64,000 bases of DNA from Eledone cirrhosa (taxonomy: Eukaryota), in NCBI GenBank assembly GCA_964016885.1, contig OZ024746.1, positions 70,246,001-70,310,000 on the forward strand, in the 5' to 3' direction. The notes under the pieces are model-generated. The model made no database searches and had not been told where the DNA came from. It worked only from the letters and a program-made list of their open reading frames with translations. The position numbers were made by a program, and so were the translations under genes. Of this stretch, positions 13,901 to 26,600 are shown one piece after another (the stretch's first letter is position 1; the number at the start of each line of letters is the position of its first letter).

Positions 13901-16726
13901 GGCAGACTGAAATAGTAAAAAGTCCAGGTGATTAAACATTTAAAAACTCCTACTAATCACTGAATTTATTAGAATATTGGCAGCTCAATATTAAAAGGCT
14001 CAGGAAAATAACTGAGGGGTTATATGGAAAATTAAAAATAAAACTAAAATGAACTACAACAAAAAATTTGACTCTAAAATGGTAGAGATTGAATGATGAC
14101 AAACACTAAGTAAATATGTTGAAAAATCAGAGACAATTGAGCAGAAACAATATCAGGTTTGAGAGGATTCTTTAGTTTGGCCAAGCATGTGACAACCTCT
14201 CTAGTGCTGATGCAATGATAAAATGCACCTAGTACATTGTGTAAGGTAATTGTGCTAGTACCACAAAAAATGCACCTAATACATTCTGTAAAGTGCCATG
14301 AAAAAAGTGCACCCAGTACTCCCTGTAAGATGATATTATGAAAGGCAGCCAAATATAGAAATTATGTCAAATATAGAACATTTGAGCATGATGATGTCAC
14401 TTCAACCCATCTGGTCTTGGACCATGACAAGCCATCAAAAACATCCATTGTGGAAAGCACATGTAAAATGATGATGATGATGATATATCATGATCCTTTT
14501 GCATCTCCTCTACCATGTGACTAGACTGGTTACATTGCAAATTGATAAATAAAAATAATTGAAACACATAATTAGTGATCCTCATTAGAAACAGGGTCAC
14601 AAGAGGGTAAATATAAATATAATGTAGAATTTACCTTTACTTCAATTTTAGAGAATGAAGACATGTCTATGATGCTGACTCTTTCTTTACAAGCCCAGTA
14701 CTCATCTTTGACAATATTAAACCAATCTGGTTTACTGAATGTTCCCTGTGACATTCGTTGTTCAACAAATTCATCTTGAAATGATAAAATTAGGAAAACG
14801 GTGAAGAAAAATATGAGTCATAAGGTAGAAAGATCAGTCATACAGAAAGAAATATCAGTCATAAAGTAGAAAGATCAGCCATATAATAGGGAGAAAAATC
14901 AGTCATAAGATAGAAAAAGATCAATCGTAAGGTAGAAAGATCTTATTAATTTATACGTATGTCTTGTAATGAACTAATTAAACCATGGAATGGATCTTTG
15001 TTAGTTTTGTCAATGAGTGTTCTAGTCGTTTGATCAAGAAAATAGTGTGAATGGCTGAACATTCTACAGGCAGTGTATGCTTAGCCCTTTAGCATTTACA
15101 TTACTCTATATATACTATTGTATTTTTGTGGTAATGGCTTTATTTTATATAATTATCACACATAATATTGAATCTACGAGATTTTGATGTTATTTATTTT
15201 GAGAATAATACCTTAACATCAGTATGAGCAGCCAGTTACAGCCAGTTTGAACAGAAAGAGGTGAGAAAATTCTAGCCAGATACAGGCGGTTTAAATGCTA
15301 AAAGGTTAATGTACCTCTCAGGAAGATTCAACATGACACAGTGTGTGACAAGGCTGGCACTTTGAATTATAGGTTCAGTCCATCCAAAAGGCTGCCAAAT
15401 ATATTGTCAACTCAGCTTCATTCACAAGGCATCAGTTGACCTGAGGCTATGATAAATGACACTAGCCCAAGTATCACACAGTGGGATCCAGCCTGGGACC
15501 TAATGATTGTAAAGTGAACTTCTTAACCTTTCAGCCATGCTGCAACTACAATTAAACCATAATAGAAAGTAGAAAGAACAGATAGAATTTAAAACACTCA
15601 CCATCGGCATTAGGAACAAACCACATTGGTGTTTCATAGGCATTTGTCTCTCCAAATACAGCTCCTGCTACTTCAAGCCTGGTATGTAATGAAGATGTTC
15701 TCAACTTACGAGACGACCCATATTCTTCAGTTGCATAACCAATAGCATAAAGATGTCCTGAAAAATGGTAAATATTCATTTATTAATATACCACAATTCG
15801 TCCAACCCATGCAAGCACGAAAAACCCCACCTAAAATGATGAAGATGATGTATAGAATCATAGCAAAACAAATAATTATAAATTCATATAACCTTGCTGA
15901 CTTCAGTGATTTCCTGGGACACTGCTTTGAAAGGGATTTATTTAACCATACTGATCAAAGTACCTTTCTTTTATTTTTTATTTCATAGATCCCTATTTGT
16001 TGAACTGCAAAGTTGTGGGACATATAAACTAACAAGAACATAAATGTGGATACACACACAAACACACACACACACACACATCATCATCACCATTTAAAGT
16101 CCATTTTTCATGCGAGCATAGGTTAGATGAGTTGTCCTATTGTGGGACAAGTCAAATCAGGTGACCATATCTTGCACATACATAAGTTTCTGGCTTGGAT
16201 GCCCTTCCTAATACCAACCACATTTACATAAAGAAGAAGTAGTAGTTTATATACAGAATATAAAAAGTATTATGTGTTCAAACTTTGCTCCACCAATTTG
16301 GCAGGTTTTAATTATTTCAATTAAAGATCATCATCATCATCAAAAACTACTAACCAACTGCTTCTTTAACTCTATCCCGCAGGAACCTTCTGTTATTGTG
16401 TAAGTCGACAAATCGACTGACATCAACAGGCCATAGATTCTTACTGGTGGTACCGTCTACAATCCAATCAGCAACCTCCTTACCGACACCTCCGGATCCA
16501 GCAATACCAGAGGAATTCATGCCAGCAGCTACAAAATAATTATCCACCTGAAATGGTAAAGTCAAGAATATTTCACTTTATAGAATACTAGCAGAATGGC
16601 CCGGCATTGCTCGGGATTTGCTCTAGAGTTCTTATATATTTGATATATATTTATCCTTATTGAGCCTCGTGAAATAAATACGTTTGTTTATATTTTGTTA
16701 TTGTGTATGCAAAAATATCTGTACAC

Positions 16727-16772
<46 letters not shown>

Positions 16773-19700
16773 GAGAGAATTGGGAGTGTGTAACACTCCA
16801 CTTATCAAATAGGCAGTATATGGTTAGCTCAATGTCAGAGGACAGAGCCGTAATACAATTAACAACAAAGAGCGCTTAGAACATAGGTATATCTTTAATT
16901 GCTAACAGTGTTTCGTCCACACTAGAAGTGGGACTCTTCAGAGCATAAAGAGTAAATACATAGTATACAAGCATTGACAAAGCCAAAACAGAAGAATATA
17001 TGTGGGGATACCATAAGTTGGGGGGAGTTTAAAGAGTAAAGTAAAAGGAGTAAAATAAGAAAAGAGTAAAATAAAAATAAAAATAAAAATAAAAATAAAA
17101 ATAAAAATAAAAATAAAAATAAAAATAAAAATAAAAAATAAGAAATGTTATCACTCACAGTTGGGCAGGGTTCCGTTAACATACAGCTACATACAAGTAT
17201 ACGTATAAGCATGAGCACCCGCATGCACCTACACACAAGCACCCGTATGCAACACATACAGTATACACTAATACAAATAACATATCATAGACGGATGGGC
17301 ACAAGTTAAGAGATAGAGATAGATAAAAAATAGATAAGAGGTAGATAAAAAATAGATAAAAAATAGATAAAAAATAGATCAAAAAGTAGATAAGAAATAG
17401 ATAAAAAATAGATAAAAGATAAAAAATAAAAAATAAAATAAAATAAAATAAAATATACACCAGAAGATAAATAAAACAATACACCAAAAAAAAGTGGAGT
17501 AAAATATACACCATAAAGGAAGGTGTGGGTAAAGATAAGACTGGCAAATGCATAAGCTATCAAGCTATGTTCAACAAGTAATATACGTACAATATATAAA
17601 ATATACAAAAATATATACGAAAATATATATAAAAAATATATATAAAAAACATATATAAAAGAGACGTATATACAAGGATATATATATACATATATACACA
17701 TATCAGTCCAAGTAATGCATATCTATAAAAATGTAACTAGGGGTAAAAAGATGTAATAACAGTAATCAAGATGGTAATTATTAGGGCATGTAATAATAAT
17801 ATTATTATAGAAATCCTAGGGTGACACTAGTGTTGACTCATGGTGATATATGGAATATATCAGGAGCACACGAACGCCTTAGGCGTTGCAGTTAGCCGCA
17901 GTTCAACAATAGAGTGTTCGAATGAGATTTTTTATGAGATTTTTTATGAGATTTTATGAGATTTTTTATGAGATTTTATGAGATTTTATGAGATTTTATG
18001 AGATTTTTTATGAGCTTTGGGGTAATACTAGTGAAGTCATTAGGTGGTTTTCTACGGATTGTAAGCGTGATTCGCTTAGGTTTATCCAATTTGATATTGA
18101 TGCTTATTATACATCTATATCTCCTATCATCCTCAATAAGGCCCTTATCCTAGCCATGCAGAGAGGGGTCATTACACGGCCACAGATAGATATCGTTCTC
18201 GCTGCACGTAAAACCATCATTATGTTTGAGGATAATTTATGGACGAGAAAAAACACACCGGATAATTTTGACATTACTATGGGGTCAAGTGATTCTGCTC
18301 AGGTCACCGACTTAGTTGGGCTCTACCTCCTTACTGAACTACATAGTAACTTCCCATTCCTTAGGGGTGGGTTGTACCATGATGATGCCCTACTCTCCAT
18401 AGATGCTAGCAAGTATAATATAGTGCGCATTAGGAAAAAGCTGTATAAATTCTTTAAAACCTTCAATCTGTCCATTACTATGGATATAAATGATAGGACT
18501 GTCAACTTCCTTGATGTTACATTGGACTTAGGTAACCATACGTACACACCGTACCATAAGCCTAATGAATTGCTGACTTATGTGAATACTAACTCCAACC
18601 ACCCTAAGTCGGTCATCAGTGGTATATTGAAGGGGGTCTCTAACAGAATAAGTTCACTCTCACATAGCGAAGAGGCGTTTAACTCGCAGGCTGATTATTA
18701 TAATGATGCCTTAGCTAGATCCGGCTTTAGGGACAAATTACATTATGCCCAGGGAAATAATAGTCCAAATAGTAGCTCTACCAGTGTTGTTATAACACAT
18801 AATATGTCCATTGGTAATAGAGGTGTTTCGAACATGAGGGTTTTGAATGCCGGTAAAATGCACCAACAGGGTACCAATGGACTAAGTAACAGTAACAGTA
18901 ACGGTAGGCCTCTTAGCTCCCCGCATAGATTAGGTGAACATAGTAACCTTAGCAATGGAATTAATAATAATAATAATGGTAATAATAATGGTAATAATAA
19001 TAATAGTGAAAATAAAAAGAATAGAAGAAGATTGAATACATATTTTAACCCCCCATTTAACTCCGAAGTGGCTACGAATATTCCTAGGGCCTTCTTCTCT
19101 GTGTTAGAAAGGAACTTCCCTCCTGGTAATAGGTACCATTCTATCCTCAATAAGAATGTGGTTAAACTCTCGTATTCTACAACCCAAAATCTGGCCTCTC
19201 ATCTAGCCAATACCAATAATAAGAAAATTAAGGAAGGCCTCGACACCTTACGCCTAGGGGAAAACATTGGAGTCGACAGAGGTAGCCTGAACACCCGTGG
19301 TCAGCAAGCTGGTGATCATTTAGATAATAGCATCACCAGAAATTGTAACTGTAGAAGGGCTTCGGGCTGCCCCCTGAATGGTTTCTGCCTTACTAGAAAC
19401 ATAGTTTATGCGTGTGATGTGGTAACTACTGCGTCCACTAAAACTTATATTGGATCAACTTCCACCCCTTTTAAAACCAGATTTAACTCTCACCAGTGTA
19501 CATTTAGACATAATAAACTGAAGAATTCTACCTCCTTGGCAGCGCACGTCCACAATTTAAAAAATGCACGAACACAGTACACCCTCACTTGGTGGCAAGT
19601 TGCTAAATCCCATCCATATACTCCTCATAATAGAGTATGTAACCTATGCCTTACGGAATCCCACTATTATATTTGCCAAGTGCTCCCTACTAAATAGAAA

Positions 19701-22700
19701 GTCAGAAATATTTTCCTCTTGCCCCCACCAGATATTAAGCTCTTTCTTTTACTTTAAGCCTATTAGCTAGCACTTTCAGAATTCTCCAGTTGGGTAATCT
19801 AGTGTAATTGTCTCCTATTGTTTGTCTTGTTTGTATATGTGTCTGTGTGTATATGTATGCCTGCATGTGAATATGGAATTTGGATATCGAGGTGTATACG
19901 TGAGTTGGTGTATATGTTAATAAGCACCCTCGTTCGGTACAGTGGATGTGACCCTTCCATACTTGCCCAGCCACCGTGTGTGTGTTTGTGCATTGGTGGG
20001 TCTATCCCAACGTGTATTGTATGGATTTGTACCTCTGTATGCTCATGAGTTGTGATGTAATACATCTATGTAGAGTGTGTACTGCGTTATAAGATGCACA
20101 ATTGATTATATTTAACCTGCCCCTCGCATTTTATCTTATTTTAGTTTATTTAAATTACCTTGTTGACTCGGAGTGAACCAATGGGCCTGTGCCTTTTAGT
20201 TTTTAGTTTTGCCCCTCGCATTTTATCTTATTTTAGTTTATTTAAATTACCTTGTTGACTCGGAGTGAACCAATGGGCCTGTGCCTTTTAGTTTTTAGTT
20301 TTGCCCCTCGCATTTTATCTTATTTTAGTTTATTTAAATTACCTTGTTGACTCGGAGTGAACCAATGGGCCTGTGCCTTTTAGTTTTTAGTTTTGCCCCT
20401 CGCATTTTATCTTATTTTAGTTTATTTAAATTACCTTGTTGACTTGGAGTGAACCAATGGGCCTGTGCCTTTTAGTTTTTAGTTTTGCCCCTCGCATTTT
20501 ATCTTATTTTAGTTTATTTAAATTACCTTGTTGACTCGGAGTGAACCAATGGGCCTGTGCCTTTTAGTTTTTAGTTTTGCCCCTCGCATTTTATCTTATT
20601 TTAGTTTATTTAAATTACCTTGTTGACTCGGAGTGAACCAATGGGCCTGTGCCTTTTAGTTTTTAGTTTTGCCCCTCGCATTTTATCTTATTTTAGTTTA
20701 TTTAAATTACCTTGTTGACTCGGAGTGAACCAATGGGCCTGTGCCTTTTAGTTTTTAGTTTTGCCCCTCGCATTTTATCTTATTTTAGTTTATTTAAATT
20801 ACCTTGTTGACTCGGAGTGAACCAATGGGCCTGTGCCTTTTAGTTTTTAGTTTTGCCCCTCGCATTTTATCTTATTTTAGTTTATTTAAATTACCTTGTT
20901 GACTCGGAGTGAACCAATGGGCCTGTGCCTTTTAGTTTTTAGTTTTGCCCCTCGCATTTTATCTTATTTTAGTTTATTTAAATTACCTTGTTGACTCGGA
21001 GTGAACCAATGGGCCTGTGCCTTTTAGTTTTTAGTTTTGCCCCTTGCATTTTATCTTATTTTAGTTTATTTAAATTACCTTGTTGACTCGGAGTGAACCA
21101 ATGGGCCTGTGCCTTTTAGTTTTTAGTTTTGCCCCTCGCATTTTATCTTATTTTAGTTTATTTAAATTACCTTGTTGACTCGGAGTGAACCAATGGGCCT
21201 GTGCCTTTTAGTTTTTAGTTTTTCCCCTCGCATTTTATCTTATTTTAGTTTATTTAAATTACCTTGTTGACTCGGAGTGAACCAATGGGCCTGTGCCTTT
21301 TAGTTTTTAGTTTTGCCCCTCGCATTTTATCTTATTTTAGTTTATTTAAATTACCTTGTTGACTCGGAGTGAACCAATGGGCCTGTGCCTTTTAGTTTTT
21401 AGTTTTGCCCCTCGCATTTTATCTTATTTTAGTTTATTTAAATTACCTTGTTGACTCGGAGTGAACCAATGGGCCTGTGCCCATATGGGACGGAGATTTA
21501 GCCAGTCACTGTGAGCTGACCTGTGCCATCTCGCCGTGGGCAGTAGATATGGAGTACATGTATGTGTTACCCTCCTATTCTGCGGTTCACAGTCTACATG
21601 CTGACTTTGGGGTGTTTCTGCCTGGTGTTGTATTTTTGGCATAGTTGGCCTTCCATAGATTGACGCTCTGTGTTATTCTCCCAAGAATAACGTCTTGGCC
21701 CCGATAGCCTTCCGTATTTATTAACGGTTTGTTTATACTTGAATCTGGTGACTACACGTGTGAATACGCATCTCATCATAAGGTTTTATTTTGAATATTA
21801 ATCGTGATTACTCTGGCTAATTTACTGTGAAACTACATTATCTGCGACCAGTGAGAGCAACTGTTATGGGTTTTTAACTTTTGTTAGCTGGGTAAGATAT
21901 TTTGTGTAATATATCCGCGTAGATTTGGGTGTCCGGTGCGGTGTGTGTGTGTGTGTGTATGTATATATTTATGTGTATATACGTGTATGTGTATATATAT
22001 ATATATATATACTGTCTCTGTATATATGTGTATGTATACTGTCTCTGTATATACATGTTTGTGTGTATGTGTGTATGTATAAGTATACATATACTGTCTC
22101 TGGACTAACCCTAATGTTGCGTACATTCTTGCGATGCCGGATTGTTGCTCAATGTTGTGATTTTGTGGTTATCGGCTTTGGAAGCTATTTGTTATGCACG
22201 TTGTTGAGTTTTCTTATATTAAATGGTATGCATAATAACCTGCTTCACCTGACTGTGTTTTACCACCTGCACTTGCCTGCTTCTGCTCACTAATATGCGC
22301 CTCAATTATTTGCCTCTTGATGTTCGTGCTGCTGTATATGAATTTGCCTGCAACCTTCCCAGCATATGCTCCTGCTTGTGATACGGATACACCTTGTTAA
22401 CCAATTAATTCTTGCCTGAGTGCTCAACTCTATGAATGCACATCTGTGTATTGAACTTTGGAGTGTGAACTTTTTGGGATTGCCCAACCGCTCAACTCTA
22501 TGAATGCACACCTGTGGATTGAACTTTGGAATGTGAACTTTTGGGACTGTCCAACCTGGGATGTTTCCATTGCATTGTAATGGTCCACTCAATCTAGGGC
22601 GGACATAGCATCTGTTCATAAAAAATCTCATTCGAACACTCTATTGTTGAACTGCGGCTAACTGCAACACCTAAGGCGTTCGTGTGCTCCTGATATATTC

Positions 22701-23657
22701 CATATATCACCATGAGTCAACACTAGTGTCACCCTAGGATTTCTATAATAATATTATTATTACATGCCCTAATAATTACCATCTTGATTACCCTTATTAC
22801 ATCTTTTTACCCCCAGTTACATTTTTATAGATATGCATTACTTGGACTGATATGTGTATATATGTATATATATATATATCCTTGTATATACGTCTCTTTT
22901 ATATATGTTTTTTATATATATTTTTTATATATATTTTCGTATATATTTTTGTATATTTTATATATTGTACGTATATCACTTGTTGAACATAGCTTGATAG
23001 CTTATGCATTTGCCAGTCTTATCTTTACCCACACCTTCCTTTATGGTGTATATTTTACTCCACTTTTTTTTGGTGTATTGTTTTATTTATCTTCTGGTGT
23101 ATATTTTACTTTACTTTATTTTATTTTATTTTTTATTTTTTATTTTTTATCTTTTATCTATTTTTTATCTATTTCTTATCTACTTTTTGATCTATTTTTT
23201 TATCTATTTTTTATCTACCTCTTATCTATTTTTTATCTAACTCTATCTCTTAACTTGTGCCCATCCGTCTATGATATGTTATTTGTATTAGTGTATACTG
23301 TATGTGTTGCATACGGGTGCTTGTGTGTAGGTGCATGCGGGTGCTCATGCTTATACGTATACTTGTATGTAGCTGTATTTTAACGGAACCCTGCCCAACT
23401 GTGAGTGATAACATTTCTTATTTTTCATTTTTATTTTTATTTTTATTTTACTCTTTTCTTATTTTACTCCTTTTACTTTACTCTTTAAACTCCTCCCAAC
23501 TTATGGTATCCCCACATATATTCTTCTGTTTTGGCTTTGTCAATGCTTGTATACTATGTATTTACTCTTTATGCTCTGAAGAGTCCCACTTCTAGTGTGG
23601 ACGAAACACTGTTAGCAATTAAAGATATACCTATGTTCTAAGCGCTCTTTGTTGTTA

Positions 23658-23693
<36 letters not shown>

Positions 23694-26600
23694 TAACAGA
23701 TTAAAGTTTAAGCAAAGAATCGCTGCTTTCACCCTTAACGGGATCTTCTGAAACTAAAAAAATCAATCTTTGAACGAAGAAGTAAATATTTCGAAAAACA
23801 TTACACACTATATATATACACACACTATATATACATATATACACACACACATATATAGCGACGTCATAATGTCATAATGCAGACAGCCAGACATACAGAC
23901 AGATATTATAAGGGCGCAACGTTATATCTATGTTTCTATCTAAAAAGAAAGACTTAGAATTATAGAGAGAGATCGCTAAATCGCCTAATGCGGTCCCTAG
24001 GGCATTGAAAATTTGAAATTTGTTTTGCTCAAAACACTCACAGGACCATAAGTATTACATGTGTTAGATTTTGAAAACAATCGGTTGGGTGGTTCTCGAG
24101 TTTTAAGGAGTCAAACAGACAGACATTCTGTTTTAGATATATAGAGTATCATCCTCATCATCGTTTAACGTCCATTTTCCATACTAGCATGGGTTAGACG
24201 GGTCATCCCATTTAAGGTAAGTTAGGTCAGGTGACCGTGTTTTACCCATATAGGACTGTTTCTGGCTAGGTTTCTACAGCTGAATGTCCTTCATAATGCC
24301 AACCACAATCACAGAGTGCGCTGGGTGCTTTTTGCCGTGACTCCTACATGACCACTTTACAGTGTGTACTGGGTGCTTTTTGTTGTGACACCTACACAAC
24401 TACTTTACAGTGTGGACTGGATATGTTCTGTTTACAGTGTAAGGGTTGTGTGGACAGGAGTTTGTATAATGGTTAAGAGGTGCCTACTAGGTGTATTTTG
24501 GGGTCTGTGTGCATGGGAAGGCATGTTTTCTGTATATATTTTATCAAATATATATATTTCCTTACATCTGTTGAACACTTTTGTTACTATATTTCTTATG
24601 ACAGACACAGCTCAAATAATTTTGAAAATAATCAAGAATTTGAAGTGATCTAGTAATATCATTTCCTTTCCCATTAAATGAAACCATTATTAAGCTAGTG
24701 TTTGGAACATAACAAAAGTTCTTACATCAAATTATGATGAAAGGTTTTTTTTTTTAGATAAAGGACTGCAAAGAATGGTGACATGCTGTATTAGTGAAGA
24801 CCCGCCTACCAGTATCATCACCATTTAACATCCATTTTTTCACACTAGCATGGGTTAAACGAATTGCTTCGTTGTGAGACAAGCCAGATCATATGACCAT
24901 GTCTTGCTCAAACAGAACTGATTTTGGCTTGGCTTTTACGGCTGGAGGCCCCTCCTAACACCAACCACATTTACAGTGTGTGTTGGGTGCTTTTTGTCAT
25001 ATAGTTTGATACATTCACATGCTTCACCACCACTATCTCTCCATAGTAGCCATTCCTTATTCTTTCATGCCATTCCTCCACCCAGTAATGACCCTTCTCC
25101 AAACCTTAACACCCACATTATCCAAGTTCACTACTCCACCCCCCAAAATCTTAACACACCAGCTATAACCCCCAGCCTCACACTATCACCAGAGTACCTC
25201 TCATTCTACCAGACATCACCATATAATACCTACTCTCTATCCAGGTTCATCACTCTACCCAAGATCACTCCCCTCCTAATACATCAGTCATAGCTCCCCT
25301 CCCCCTTAAAGTGTTTCCATACAATATTCTTAAGACTTAAAGATTGTAATAATTGTTTCTACGTTAGGCACAAGGCCAGCAATTACCCAGTGTATTACTG
25401 GTACTTTATTTTATCGACCCCGTAAGGATGAAAGGCAAAGTTAACCTCGGCGGGATTTGAACTCAGAATGGCAAGGGTTGTAATAATAAGGGCATATGTA
25501 ATACAAAGATGATGTGGGAGTGAAGAAGGTAGTAAAGAGGTTAGGTTGATATTGGAGTGTATAGCTCACCTCAGGAGTTTCTCCTACGATATACATTCCA
25601 TCAGGCGTGAATGATTCAGGACCATTCAAAAGTTGTCGTACTTGAGCTTCACCAACTCCAGGACATCGGTGAAGTATAGGCTCCAAGAGAACTTCTGAAA
25701 TATTTAAAAGATGAAATGAAAAAAAAGAAAACCCCAAAAAACATGTTGAGAATGAATATATAACAACAAACCTTTTCAGATCATTTCCCCTGTTAAAGTT
25801 TAATCATACTCCTCATAGGGTACTTTTTAAGGTAATGTTTTACAATTAGATACCCTTCCTGAAACCAACCCTTTTAGTCACCTCTTAGAACCTGAAGGGA
25901 TATAGTTTGTCGATCATATATCATATGCAATCAGAAATACAAGCATATGTCTCTTTAAAAAAAATTACTACTTCCAGTACTCTTATAATCACCACCACTG
26001 ACACTACTACTACTGCTGCTATTACCATTACTATTATTCCCACCACTACTACTACCATTGCGACCATATAAACAAGTAAAAAAGAAAGAAATCCAATGAA
26101 ATTATCTTACGAAAATGATCCCAGTCTTCCGGAAGAAGTTGATATTCAAAATTTTCAGGAACCCGGTGATGAAAGACTGGTTTAGCCTGAGGTTCAAACC
26201 CTCCTGCTAGAACTCCTCCACTCCATTCACGAATATATACTTGACCATCATAATCTCTTATGACTATAAAACAATGGAAGAAAGTAAAAAGTAAATATAT
26301 ATAAAGATGTATAATGATATGAGTTTCATGTTTCCAATTGTTTAAAATATCAAAAGGAAGCAGTGTGACAATATATCTTTTCTTTACATTGATGCAAATC
26401 GACAAGATCTCAAACCTCATTCACTTACTGAGTGAGGTAGAACTCATCAGATCAGTCCAAGGAAACAATGTTTCTATTGGTCTTTTAAATTGCTGATACT
26501 ATCTACCAGTTGCAACTCCTGGCAAAAAGAGCAACATGAAATAAAGCATCTTTTTACATATGCTTTCCATCTATAATGGATCAATCAATTTATAGTTGTT

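Larger units (their letters stand above)
16770..23664 (+). mobile_element. Penelope-like retroelement (Naiad-type), 5'-truncated with an inverted pseudo-LTR
   Basis: RT + GIY-YIG ORF, long 3' region, terminal hammerheads and ~1.05 kb inverted repeats; both ends abut (TA)n. Confidence 0.88.
16587..24145 (+). mobile_element. Non-autonomous Helitron/Helentron-like element split by the PLE insertion
   Basis: 5' ACTAG...cccggcattgctcggg hairpin at 16587-16615; 3' aatcgg...acagacagac...atatataga at 24079-24145; uninterrupted relative at 51386-52047. Confidence 0.6.

Noticed and set aside
16922-17701. Hydrophobic F/Y/I/L-rich ORFs (and mirror ORFs at 22784-23595) resembling membrane proteins
   Set aside because: They are translations of T-rich microsatellites in the pseudo-LTR and are duplicated only because of the inverted repeat.
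18743-19150. Antisense Leu-rich ORF
   Set aside because: Shadow of the Asn-rich part of the PLE ORF.
20119-21481. CRISPR array interpretation of the 92-bp repeats next to a nuclease/RT gene
   Set aside because: Units are contiguous and identical with no unique spacers; there are no cas genes and the context is a eukaryotic intron.
22302-22631. 109-aa minus-strand ORF within the PLE
   Set aside because: Largely produced by a 68-bp duplication; no recognisable motif, although an accessory ORF cannot be fully excluded.
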